From: Lytechinus pictus | Lineage: Eukaryota | Direction of reading: 5' to 3' | DNA: 64,000 nucleotides | NCBI RefSeq assembly: GCF_037042905.1 | Contig: NC_087252.1 | Span: 744,001 to 808,000, forward strand | Shown: piece by piece, positions 11,696 through 21,043 of the stretch | Layout: every line of letters begins with the position of its first letter | Numbering within the stretch: the first letter of the stretch is position 1 | The notes under the pieces: model-generated | Told to the model about the DNA's origin: nothing | Seen by the model: only the letters and a program-made list of their open reading frames with translations | The model's database searches: none | Program-made: the position numbers and the translations under genes

Positions 11696-14550
11696 CTACT
11701 ACTTCTACTACTACTACTACTAATAATAATAATAATAATAATAACAATAATAATAATAATATATTCATTTAGGCAGGTGCTTCAGGCGCTCCTATATTAT
11801 CCCGGCTTAGCCAGGCTATTTGTCACAAACATTCTTTAAAATAATTTGCCCACAGTTAATCAGATGTTGTTGGGTTGTTTAGAATCTTATTACAGTTTAA
11901 GTGAAAATCAGATGTGATAGGTTTTTTTTAATACAGTGGTGCGCAAAAGTTATTGAAGCCCACCAGAAAATGGAATATTGAAGTTCTGCTATGTTTTTGT
12001 GAAATCAGGTGATAAATTATTACATTCATTAAAGTTTATCTTGGCTCGCCAAACATTGTTGTCAACACTCAGCATGAATTAGTGTATTTTTGGTGGGGTT
12101 CACTAACTTTTGAGCAACACTGTATGTCCTTACACACTATTATCATATATTATCGTTATTGTGTTGATTTGTTATAGACAATTGAATGAGAGGCTTCTGA
12201 GTACACTGGAAGACCTTCATGCAGGAAAAGACATCTGTCATGTGACTCATCACGTGAGTTATGAGACCAAGAAAAGAAGTAGACATCGTGATGTCATTGA
12301 AGTAAGTTTATTCTAACAAAATATGTAAATTGATCGGCAAGATGTAAAAATACATCTGAAGAAAGTGATATGTAATGTATTAGTTCATTCTTAGTAGAAT
12401 AATACTTGAAAACAGCATTTCTACGTCTATTTTTCATCGACCTTTGGCCTCTCTAAAAAATCGCTACTGATATTTGCAGGGGTATTTTTACACCAAATCC
12501 CACAAGCAAACCCATACCCCAGGACCACAATTCCAATATAATTTACTAACTTTACTGATATAATCTATTGCCTTTTCTATAGTCTGTTTCTTCTTTTTAT
12601 CAAGTTCAGTTTGATTTGTATACTGTTAATTCAACTCTTTAAGGATAATCTTAAAGTGGTTTATGGGAGCTTGTCTTTATTTTCCCCGTTTGCAGAACTT
12701 GCTTGAGTTGGGTATCGTATGTCAGAAGTTAGCCGACTATACCGCTGCCACTGCCTACTTCGAGGACGCCCTCAACCGGTTGTCCCACCCTGACACAGTT
12801 GAACATCGCCTCCAGATGATCAAAGCTCTTACTGGACTAGGGTTAGATATTTTTTTAAAGTAGCACTAGATCTATTTAACCTATTACATGTCTGATATCC
12901 TGATAAAGAATAATAAAATAGTACATAGATTTTGACAAAATATATTTATACTATAGTACAGTTTCTGAAATTCTCCTCAATGATTATTTGAAGAAAAAAA
13001 AAATTATCGAAATGGTTTATCTCTCACGATTTGCTTCCATTTTTTCTTTGCCGAAGAATCTTTGTTTGCATCATACCATGTGGAACTTCTATTCTCAATA
13101 TTTTCACTCTTAACCACCCCTCCAATCTTTCTCTCTGTCTCTCTCTTTCTCTTTCTGTCAATGGCAATCTCTATATCTTTGCCCCCAAAGCTTTTTAGTT
13201 AACAAACCATCTCCTTTTTCCCATTTAATTATGTTAGCCAAGCGTATAGTATGACATCACAACCGTTGGAGGCTCACCGATTCTACCTAAAAGCCATTGA
13301 GATATGCGACCAGGTTCTACCAGTCAACCATCACTACACTGCCACTCTAAATGGACTGGTAATGTCTTTACATAATTTCTCTCTATCATTGCTGAATTTC
13401 TGTTTTGCGTTTCACCAAAAAGCGCAATTATTATTTCCCATTCAAGCTATAACAAAATTATAAGCCACGTTCAGTGCATTAAAGGAATTAAGTAATCCTA
13501 CCCGTTTACCGCACCTGGGTCAAGTGCAGCATATTGTGGATCAATTTCTCGCTGAAGGAAATTATGTCATGTCTGGCGTTATAACCAATCACACTCTGTA
13601 TCAAATTCCCGAGATTCACTGATTGGTCATAATTTTGATGGCCTTGATTAGTTAAATCCTGAGATATGAAGATAAGTTGAAAATAATATAATATTTTGGT
13701 CGAAAAAAGAGACGGTGAGATTCGCTTTTTTAACATGTGTAGTTATAGGACATCCCCTTGTATGTTCATGTTACAGATTGGAGAGTTATACCAGAATCAG
13801 GGAAGGGCAACAGATGCATTGCAATACCATATCCTTGACATAATTGAGACTCAACGCACTGCAGGACTGGGGAAGCCACGAGTAGCGGCCATCTTAAATA
13901 ATATTGGGTTGTCTTTGATGGACCTCGACCCAACTGGAGAGGACGCCCTTCCATTTTTCGTTGAGGCCTTGTCCATACTCATCGATGCTTATGGACTAGT
14001 GCATGTCGATGTTGCTTCCGTCAGGTAATATTCACTAGTAGGTTGATTTCTATGGAAACTTGCATGATAGAAGAGTCGAGCACAATTCAAATTGTAACGT
14101 ACACTACAAGATACATTGCCTTATAAACTCAATCAATTTGTCTTAATCAGGTCAGCATTCCTACATGACCAAAAGGAGCTAGGATTCGGGTGGGTCCGCA
14201 TTGTTCTAAACCTACCAGCCAGTTCCCGACATAAACCATAAGCTCTGTGCTTAAGTCAAATCGTTTGCATTTATCACATTTACTAGGTTCTTCATTGCAA
14301 ACATTTACAATCTGTTCCTACTCTTGGTTCTGTTTTGTAACATTGTTGTACAATTTATTTTTCTTCTCTTGTCCACAGAATGAACATAGCTGCCTACTTC
14401 TTCAATGCCAAGCTGTACAAGTATTCTCTCTTTCAATATAAGAGAGCATTCGAGATTTTCAAGGTTTATATGGGATCTCTCCATCCGAAGTCTCAGGAAG
14501 CCAGGCAAGGACAGAAAGAGTTGAGGCCGTTTACCATGGTGCAAAAATAA
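299..14550 (+). CDS. Multi-exon FBA-like/DUF4062/NACHT(AAA_16)/TPR protein, nephrocystin-3- or TEP1-like STAND NTPase; 5' end lies upstream of the window
   Basis: 21 GT-AG exons join in one frame to TAA at 14548-14550: 299-396, 1139-1337, 1691-1885, 2410-2756, 3102-3272, 4266-4343, 4569-4715, 5148-5473, 5899-6071, 6420-6499, 7332-7523, 8144-8277, 8613-8697, 9304-9501, 10043-10180, 11294-11436, 12178-12301, 12696-12841, 13238-13358, 13777-14024, 14379-14550 (3515 nt). Motifs: IRAFLSSTFLDFTAERE and VDLRWG (DUF4062), Walker A GESGSGKS, Walker B VLIVLDALNQ, TPR-like VAAILNNIG. Confidence 0.9.
608..1023. mobile_element. MITE with TIRs GGCCA(TA/CC)GCACACCT(A/T)ACGA, flanked by TTAA
   Basis: Imperfect 23 bp TIRs; TTAA at 604-607 and 1024-1027 (Kolobok- or Harbinger-type, not resolved). 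Confidence 0.7.
1139..1337 (+). CDS. Exon of STAND/TPR gene (FBA-like region)
   Basis: cag|TTC...GAAG|gtacc; FSLSLRS...WSRVTLTVEEYGAGARSVRITTE. Confidence 0.78.
1691..1885 (+). CDS. Exon of STAND/TPR gene
   Basis: gcag|GT CGA; GRGIEVSAASLRMKCRR...; donor gtaatt (an alternative same-phase donor 6 nt earlier is possible). Confidence 0.72.
2410..2756 (+). CDS. Exon of STAND/TPR gene (DUF4062 start)
   Basis: EIRAFLSSTFLDFTAEREILIKKVF...VDLRWGIT...ICLRE; donor gtaagt. Confidence 0.9.
3102..3272 (+). CDS. Exon of STAND/TPR gene (DUF4062)
   Basis: IDRCRPYFLCLVGDRFGW...SSVTQ; cag acceptor and gtaact donor. Confidence 0.9.
4266..4343 (+). CDS. Exon of STAND/TPR gene
   Basis: LEVLHSALRDRDTASDKTFFYLRKAK; canonical splice sites. 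Confidence 0.85.
4569..4715 (+). CDS. Exon of STAND/TPR gene
   Basis: TKDELLNESSHEPAWKIEKQ...ELIRK; canonical splice sites. Confidence 0.85.
5148..5473 (+). CDS. Exon of STAND/TPR gene (Walker A)
   Basis: VYIGRAEY...VVLGESGSGKSALVANW...HFIGSS; donor gtatac. Confidence 0.92.
5899..6071 (+). CDS. Exon of STAND/TPR gene (Walker B)
   Basis: LFEELKQHF...RVLIVLDALNQLD. Confidence 0.9.
6420..6499 (+). CDS. Exon of STAND/TPR gene
   Basis: DELELKWLPLELPPNVQMLLSTLPGK. Confidence 0.88.
6750..7222. repeat. Degenerate (ATG/GTG)n microsatellite
   Basis: Seen directly; intronic. Confidence 0.95.
7332..7523 (+). CDS. Exon of STAND/TPR gene
   Basis: ALDAVKSNNWPVFHVHPLNQEEK...SNALYLRALLDE; donor gtgagc. 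Confidence 0.9.
7713..7890 (-). mobile_element. SINE with 7SL-like head, Deu/Nin-like core and (CA)n tail, copy 1
   Basis: Minus strand: ACTGGGCGTTGTGGCGTGCGCCTGTAATCCAGGCTA...GGTTCGAGCCC...GTCTTTCGGATGGTGACGTTAAAGGTCGGTCC...(CA)n; second copy at 55971-56153. Confidence 0.8.
7896..8080 (+). mobile_element. Degenerate CORE-like SINE fragment that hosts the 7SL-like SINE
   Basis: GTCCTTTGGCAAG...GTGAATGGGTACC resembles the CORE-SINE block; related fragments near 2050-2210, 10230-10390 (-) and 13470-13620 (-). Confidence 0.5.
8144..8277 (+). CDS. Exon of STAND/TPR gene
   Basis: VRVYGSFYQLTSSIKNYL...VLERLESDF. Confidence 0.88.
8613..8697 (+). CDS. Exon of STAND/TPR gene
   Basis: PNLVRDATCALWCSSRGLSEEELTSFLQ. 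Confidence 0.88.
9304..9501 (+). CDS. Exon of STAND/TPR gene
   Basis: VPSRIWSPFYLSLEENLVNRNGIVNFFHDHLRQAVERKY... Confidence 0.9.
10043..10180 (+). CDS. Exon of STAND/TPR gene
   Basis: VEELPSLL...LIQAWRM; donor gtaaga. Confidence 0.88.
11294..11436 (+). CDS. Exon of STAND/TPR gene
   Basis: LGGFEQAGQAYLEF...DFFTELGILKIA; donor gtaaga. Confidence 0.85.
11611..11760. repeat. (CTA)n followed by (TAA)n microsatellite
   Basis: Seen directly. Confidence 0.95.
11934..12122. mobile_element. Tc1/mariner-type MITE
   Basis: TA|CAGTG...CACTG|TA with imperfect TIRs of about 35 bp. Confidence 0.75.
12178..12301 (+). CDS. Exon of STAND/TPR gene (last exon before the duplicated block)
   Basis: QLNERLLSTLEDL...HRDVIE; donor gtaagt, phase 0. 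Confidence 0.85.
12696..12841 (+). CDS. Exon of STAND/TPR gene (TPR)
   Basis: NLLELGIVCQKLADYTAATAYFEDAL... Confidence 0.87.
13238..13358 (+). CDS. Exon of STAND/TPR gene (TPR)
   Basis: QAYSMTSQPLEAHRFYLKAIEICDQVLPVNHHYTATLNGL. Confidence 0.87.
13777..14024 (+). CDS. Exon of STAND/TPR gene (TPR)
   Basis: IGELYQNQGRATDALQYH...VAAILNNIG...YGLVHVDVASV. Confidence 0.9.
14379..14550 (+). CDS. Terminal exon of STAND/TPR gene
   Basis: MNIAAYFFNAKLYKYSLFQYKRAFEIFKVYMGSLHPKSQEARQG...QK then TAA. Confidence 0.88.
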
Positions 14551-17269
14551 AGGATCTTCCAAATCATTGCCTAATGTTAGAATTTATGTTACCTCTTTCT
14601 TCTAAGCTATTAAATCTTACTTTATATACACTATATACTAACATATATTTTGTTTACTCTGAAGTACAATGTACATTATATTATGTGTAAAATGCGTCAT
14701 AAAAGAACAAAGTATTGTTTGATTATTATCATTGAAATTATACCTTGTATGGTAAATGCAATAGAATTATATCCCAAAGAACATTGAAATAAGAGTTTTT
14801 CTGTGGTGCTGAGCTATCAAAGATAAAGTTGGTGCTTGAATGCAGATCTTAAATAAGCCCACTCCAAAGATGGATTGGTTAAAATATGCAATCTTTTGTG
14901 TGTCAAACCAAAGATAGTCAGTCCTGACTGAAATTCTGGTATAATCTAAACCATGAATTGAATGTGGATTGATTTATTCCCTATTAAATTGGTTATCCAT
15001 GACCATTCCTTTTGAAGCGTGACAGGGCATTCGTTCCGGCGACAGTGGCTCCAGGCCTTTTTCGCATAAGATATACGGTTGGGGTTGCAATAGGTTTTTT
15101 ATGTTAGGGTAAGGATAGTTTGTACATGTAGTTTCAAATCCAGGGTTGAAGTTGGCCATTCAATAAGTGTATGGAATTAACACCGGAGCAATTGTCGCCA
15201 GAGTAAATGTCACGGAACCCTTTCTAAGACTGTATAGTTCGAGAACATATGATATTCTGTTCAATACGTTAGTGCCTCTTTCCAGTTATACGTGTGTGGG
15301 AACTGTATTTTTTTACCAAAGCCCTTACCTATGTAAGAATGATGATCATGATATTGACATTTATAAAGCGCTTTTGACAATAGTTTATAAAGCGCTGTTT
15401 ATAAAAGTATACAGAGTGATACACTTGCAACATTCTACCTCCATGCTTGCAATTATTCCATCAAATAGAAAACACATATTCTCTTATTTCCCACTTTTTA
15501 TGGGGGTGTTTGGGGTTTTTCCTACTAAAACTCGAATCGACCTTTATCTCAAGCTATTGTTGATAAAAGCTGTCGCTATTTGACGCATCCAATTAAAGTA
15601 TGGTCTTTGCCAGGCAAATCTATTGTGAAGTTCACCCACTTTCACGTAGGCACTCGCTCAGGAATGGCACATCAAGAAAGCCCAGCTACATATTTTGTTT
15701 ACAAAGACAATCATGACAGTCGAAAATAAACTGTCGAAAATGTTGCGTCAAGAGGTAACCAAACTTGTTTTAAAGGTTATGACGCGTATTAAAAGAAATT
15801 ACCGAAAGGAATATGTCATGTGTTGCATGAACAAACCCACTACATCATGATATTGTAATGAAATCGTCATAAAATCTTTATGAATTCAGGAGATTTATTT
15901 TTACCCAACTTTGGACTATTGTGTAGACTTGAAGGATGCAATAAGCGTTTATGAGCACAGGTTGTGCAGAAAGTATCACCATGTCTGAACAATATATTTG
16001 TGAAGACTATTGGTCGAGCTTTGTTGATCTGAAAAAGCTTTACTTTGGGGCTTCTATCAAGGTTGTAATGCCAAGCGTGGGCCTGTTTCATAGACATTGT
16101 TATGTACAAAATAATACCCATTACCAGTTTAAAGCTACTGAAATCATTCGATCTGATTGGCTGATTGCAAACTTGTTATAGATATGGTGCATTTGTTATT
16201 ATAAAAAGTCTTTATGAAATGGGACTTTTGTTTTGAAGCTGGTAGTCCGATAATATCAGAAAGTATTGGTGTAGAAACATGATTACAGGAAAGGGGTTTG
16301 GCCTTATACCAACAATCAAAATGCATGATTAGGTAATAACAAACGATTTGAAAAAATGGCAGTCAAATAAATTCTAGAGGCAGAGGTGAGAGCTTTTTTG
16401 TTTACAAAGTGATAACCATTTATTTTTCATAATTATGTTGCTATATCCTACCTGAGCCAGTAAATATGGCTAATCTCCATGTTACTATTGGTCTTCGAAT
16501 GTATACAATGCATTTTCTTGTATTTATCCTTGTTCAGTTACTTATGAAGAAAATCGTTTTATCAGTTCAGAGGCGCACTTATTATTATTCTGAATTTAGC
16601 CTCGGTTGAAGTTTTATTAGCCCCTCAGTTCTTGAGGTAATTCTTATCGGGTATCTGTTACCCGATCATTATAAACTCTTCTTGCCATATCGCATCATTG
16701 TTTACTATGAATTCCTAATTGAACTCCTTAAAGATACAAATAGGGAGGGGAAATTTTTTTTAATAATAATATCTTGGTATATTTTTAATTTGCATGTGTG
16801 GTGCAAATTAGACAGGAATTGTGATTTATGCTAGAGCAGTGTAGAAGAGAATACAATAAATGTGTCACGATATACAAATACATGTTATGTTGATTTATTT
16901 GTCTTTTTTTGTCTCTGTAATTTTTATGTGTAGTTGGTGCAGCTGTGGTAGATTAGAAAAGATTATCGCCACATTATTATGACAGAATATTAACCCTAAT
17001 AGTTCAAAAGTATCAATTAAAGAATAATGATAATGGGACTGAGTCTGTTTTGTTTTCATGGACTAACGATCGATGAAAAGAAATTGTGAGAAAATAACGA
17101 TCATTTTGTGTAATATTTTGCATATCACAATGATTTTGTGCAATATTTATGTGAGCTTGTCAAAAGTTGGAAGTCCTCACTCAAGCGAAATGTACTGTCA
17201 GTATCTCACACTGTTCTCTAATAAAAATAGAAGGAAGCCCAAGGGAAATATATGAACAAGAATATCGTT

Positions 17270-17638
17270 CGTTGATGTGGTTTACGGTACACCATGTGGA
17301 GTGTTATAGAAACAGTGGATAGAAGAAGAGAAGAAATGGATAGGCGAGAAAGTGGAGATTTGAGAGTAGAGTATTCTTTCTTGAAAGTAGTCCTGAAAAG
17401 GACTGTAAACCAGGAAAGATTGATGAGTTGAGAACAGCTTGAGTAGTAGAGCTAATGAGGAGATGCTGGCTTGAGTCGGCGAGTAGAGATGATGAGTAGT
17501 AGAGAGACTCGACGTTTCGGACAGCTTGACTGTCCGTCTTCTTCTCTTCTTCTATCCACTGTTTCTATAACACTCCACATGGTGTACCGTAAACCACATC
17601 AGCGATTGTACATGCCACCATGCAAACCTTTAAACAAC
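17270..17638 (-). mobile_element. Penelope-like element remnant with inverted terminal segment
   Basis: Flanking direct repeat ACAAGAATATC(G/C)TT at 17256-17269 and 17639-17652; empty site near 37116; about 65 bp inverted repeat; minus-strand GAAGAC-GGACAG-loop-CTGTCC-GAAACGTCGAGTC resembles a hammerhead 3' half. Confidence 0.65.
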
Positions 17639-18398
17639 ACAAGAATATCCTTGTATTTTATTTTATTTTTTTCAATTTGCCAGGACCTTTTTCAAAGAGT
17701 AAACTTTTATTGAAATGAACTGTATCTAGGATCAACTCCCATAACTTCCGAAATAAAAAGAAAATTCGTGTCCAAATAGGAATTAGGTATTGATTAACAA
17801 CAACAGTTTACACTAGGTGATCAGACGTGGTGCTGGAGGCATTGCATGTCAGGCATAAAATAGGCACTTTGGTAAACATCTATTCTACTCATAAAAATAA
17901 ACATCGACCTTGCATAATAATTAAAATACCTTTTCAAATCCTTATAAAATTGACCTATGCACCTGATGCATGCAAAGCCATTGTTCGCAGACTGAAATCA
18001 TGAAATCGGCTTTTGAATAGCATGGTCTTGACAGAGTTTACTCTTTTATTTTGTCAGTCAACCAGAAATCGTAAAAAAAAGATTTATGCACTTGACGCCC
18101 GCCGTCGCCAGTTGCTGAACTTCTAAATATGACAAAATATGTCAATTCAATTCAATGCCAGAAGCAGTCCCAATGTACTGTGACAGGGAGGAGGTGAGGG
18201 AGGGGGGCATTTATGACAACCTTAATGTTACAGCTTTTCTCCATTGATTTACACGAGTCGGATCTTTATTGTTTAACATTATTCTCTCTGCTTATTCCCA
18301 TTTTGCCTCCTCCCCATGTGTTTTTTTTTTCTTTTTACCTTTCCACTTCTTAAAATATCATGGAGATCATTGCTCTCTGAACCCCTCGTTAACGCCCA

Positions 18399-18649
18399 CA
18401 CTGTAAAGAATATTGGGTAAAATTTTAACCAGCGCGAGGGTAATTATGTGCCCAAATTATGTGTCCAACCAATTTGGGACAGTATTATACCAAATGCGGG
18501 AAGCATATTGTCCAGTAAGGTAAACAAGATAGAATGGGCAAAATTTTTATCACACTGGATAAATAAAAATGCCCCAAACGAAATGCCCAATGTTGATTGG
18601 ACAATAATTACCCTCATGGAGCACTTTTACCCAATATTTTTTTAGAGTG
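18399..18649. mobile_element. CACT...AGTG (CMC/EnSpm-type) MITE
   Basis: TIRs CACT(G/C)TAAA.AATATTGGGTAAAA; also present in the other duplicate copies. Confidence 0.6.
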
Positions 18650-20553
18650 GATTAGGGTACCATTGGGTCGCAAATCTCGCTTTTGGATCATCTTCTCTTC
18701 TCGTCAGACTATATTATCCGACCGCATTTAAAGGGCTAAACTTTCCATCCTCTGGACTCGGGTTTAATTCAAACTCTGGCCTAAAGTTGTGATTTAACTA
18801 TGAATATACACGTGTAATACAGCACAGGTTCAATTATTTATCACTTAATTCGACTCCGCGCTATCAGAGAATAATAACATATTTGTTCACCTTTAACGCA
18901 TTAATAGAGAGCACAGTCATACAAAAAATACAATCAAAACAGCACTTTGGGCTTCCCATAAATTTAACATCGTGATTATAACAAAGTAACACAGAAGGCT
19001 CTTGGATCCTCGGTGAAGAGGGAAGATCCCCTCCGGTTTTGACACAGACTTTTTACAATAACAGAATCAAAATTTATATTTAAAAAAAATTAGCCAAAAT
19101 ATAATGTGATTTAGTCTTGTAGATTTTATTAAACAGACCCCAGGTCCTGTCAAGGTTCCATGACATTTATTCCGACTACAATTGTTCCAAAACTAAATGA
19201 ATTCTTATCCTAATCCTTACAATATTCTAAACAAAAATTATATACAATCCCCCTCTAACCCTATGGCCTCTAAAACAGGGTAAACGGGGGGGGGGGCTGA
19301 GTGGGCTTCAGCCCCCCCCCCACACACTTTTACCAAAACCGTCGGTACAAGAACGTAAAAAATGACCAACTGATTATGATTGTTTGCATGGTCAGCCCCC
19401 ACCTCCTCCCCCCCCCCCCCACTTCCAAAACCGTTCCGTGGCCCCTGAAAGCAGTGTACAAAAACGTAAAAATAACTATCTGATTGTGATTTGTGCATGG
19501 TGCAAGAGTATAAGAAGCATATGTCGTGTCGTCTATGTGTAAGTATATGGAAAGTCGAAAGCCATTACCGGGCAAGTAATATAATAACACCTTAATTATT
19601 ATAATATTAGTCAGCCTTCACGTTCAATGTTTTTTGAAAAATTAAAACCTTTATAAGATTGGAATTAGAAAATGATCTATTTTACTTAATCAACAGAAAC
19701 AGTGCCAATACTGCGGGTTTTGCGTCAGGGCAAAAATCATTTTTGATTTTTAAATATTTCCTAACATGACAGACATCTTGTAAGACTCAAACATGCAAAA
19801 TAATGAATTCCATTACCTTTTCAAATACTTTAAACATTCACACAAATGTAAGTCAAAATTAATCAAATTGACTTTCCGAAGGTATTGTCGTGAATGAATG
19901 ATTTTTACTTTTTCATATTTTCTCAGTCGACCCGAAGATTTATGTTCAAATATGTCTTTGCTAACACCCACTCTCGGTGGTTATTGAAGTTTTATGACCC
20001 CCCCCCCCCCAGTTTGTTCAGTAGTCATGCAGCAGGGAGATCTGGGGGGTCTCTCTAAAAAATCGCTACTGATATTTGCAGGGGTATTTTTACACCAAAT
20101 CCCACAAGCAAACCCATACCCCAGGACCACAATTCCAATATAATTTACTAATTTTACTGATATAATCTATTGCCTTTTCTATAGTCTGTTTCTTCTTTTT
20201 ATCAAGTTCAGTTTGATTTGTATACTGTTAATTCAACTCTTAAAGGATAATCTTAAAGTGGTTTATGGGAGCTTGTCTTTATTTTCCCCGTTTGCAGAAC
20301 TTGCTTGAGTTGGGTATCGTATGTCAGAAGTTAGCCGACTATACCGCTGCCACTTCCTACTTCGAGGACGCCCTCAACCGGTTGTCCCACCCTGACACAG
20401 TTGAACATCGCCTCCAGATGATCAAAGCTCTTACTGGACTAGGGTTAGATATTTTTTTTAAAGTAGCACTAGATCTATTTAACCTATTTCATGTCTGATA
20501 TCCTGATAAAGGATAATAAAATAGTACATAGATTTAACAAAATATATTTATAC

Positions 20554-20901
20554 TGTAGCCCACGTAATAATTAGAGGTTGGTTACCAAAGATAAGATAGC
20601 TCTTGAGATGAGTCTGTAAAACAGGAGGCAAGTAGAAGATGTTATATGATTGAAACTCGTGAAACGGACTGCGAAGAGTCGAGCGGGTTCCACGAGTCCT
20701 TGGTAATTTGCATATTTCATGAAAGAGGAAGAGTCTGCTGATTTGAATAATGTGTAGGGATAACATCATCGTGTCGTGGGGTCAGGTGTCATGGGTAATT
20801 TGCATAGATAGCGTCATGTAAAATCTAGCATCTCATATACATGACATAGGAAATATGGTGGGGCATGCATGTATAGTCTATACACTAGTCACTTTGTTAC
20901 A
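20554..20901 (-). repeat. 3' LTR of the Gypsy element
   Basis: Matches 26954-27301 with 4 differences; PPT (GGAGGAGGGGAGAG on minus strand) abuts at 20902-20915. Confidence 0.96.
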
Positions 20902-21043
20902 CTCTCCCCTCCTCCGAAACAATGCCGTCCCGGCATGTATTACAAACAAATTAAAATAAAACAAACAATTCGTGTCAACAAATTACAGAATAAATGGGAA
21001 ATGAATTAAAAAAATAAAATCACGAATGATAAGGACCGTAAGA

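Larger units (their letters stand above)
12449..20044 (+). repeat. Segmental duplication unit A, copy 1 (last 4 exons plus 3' flank)
   Basis: CTCTCTAAAAAATCGCTACTG at 12449 recurs at 20051; GGGAGATCTG ending at 20044 recurs ending near 40416. Confidence 0.95.

Noticed and set aside
11469..11839. Poly-Leu and poly-Val ORFs
   Set aside because: (CTA)n and (TAA)n microsatellites.
15167..15583. 138 aa ORF repeated at 35029-35445
   Set aside because: No recognisable motifs; identity reflects the duplication, not selection.
17500..17545. Active hammerhead ribozyme
   Set aside because: The CUGANGA core reads AAGAAGA and the 5' strand of stem I is replaced by the inverted segment.
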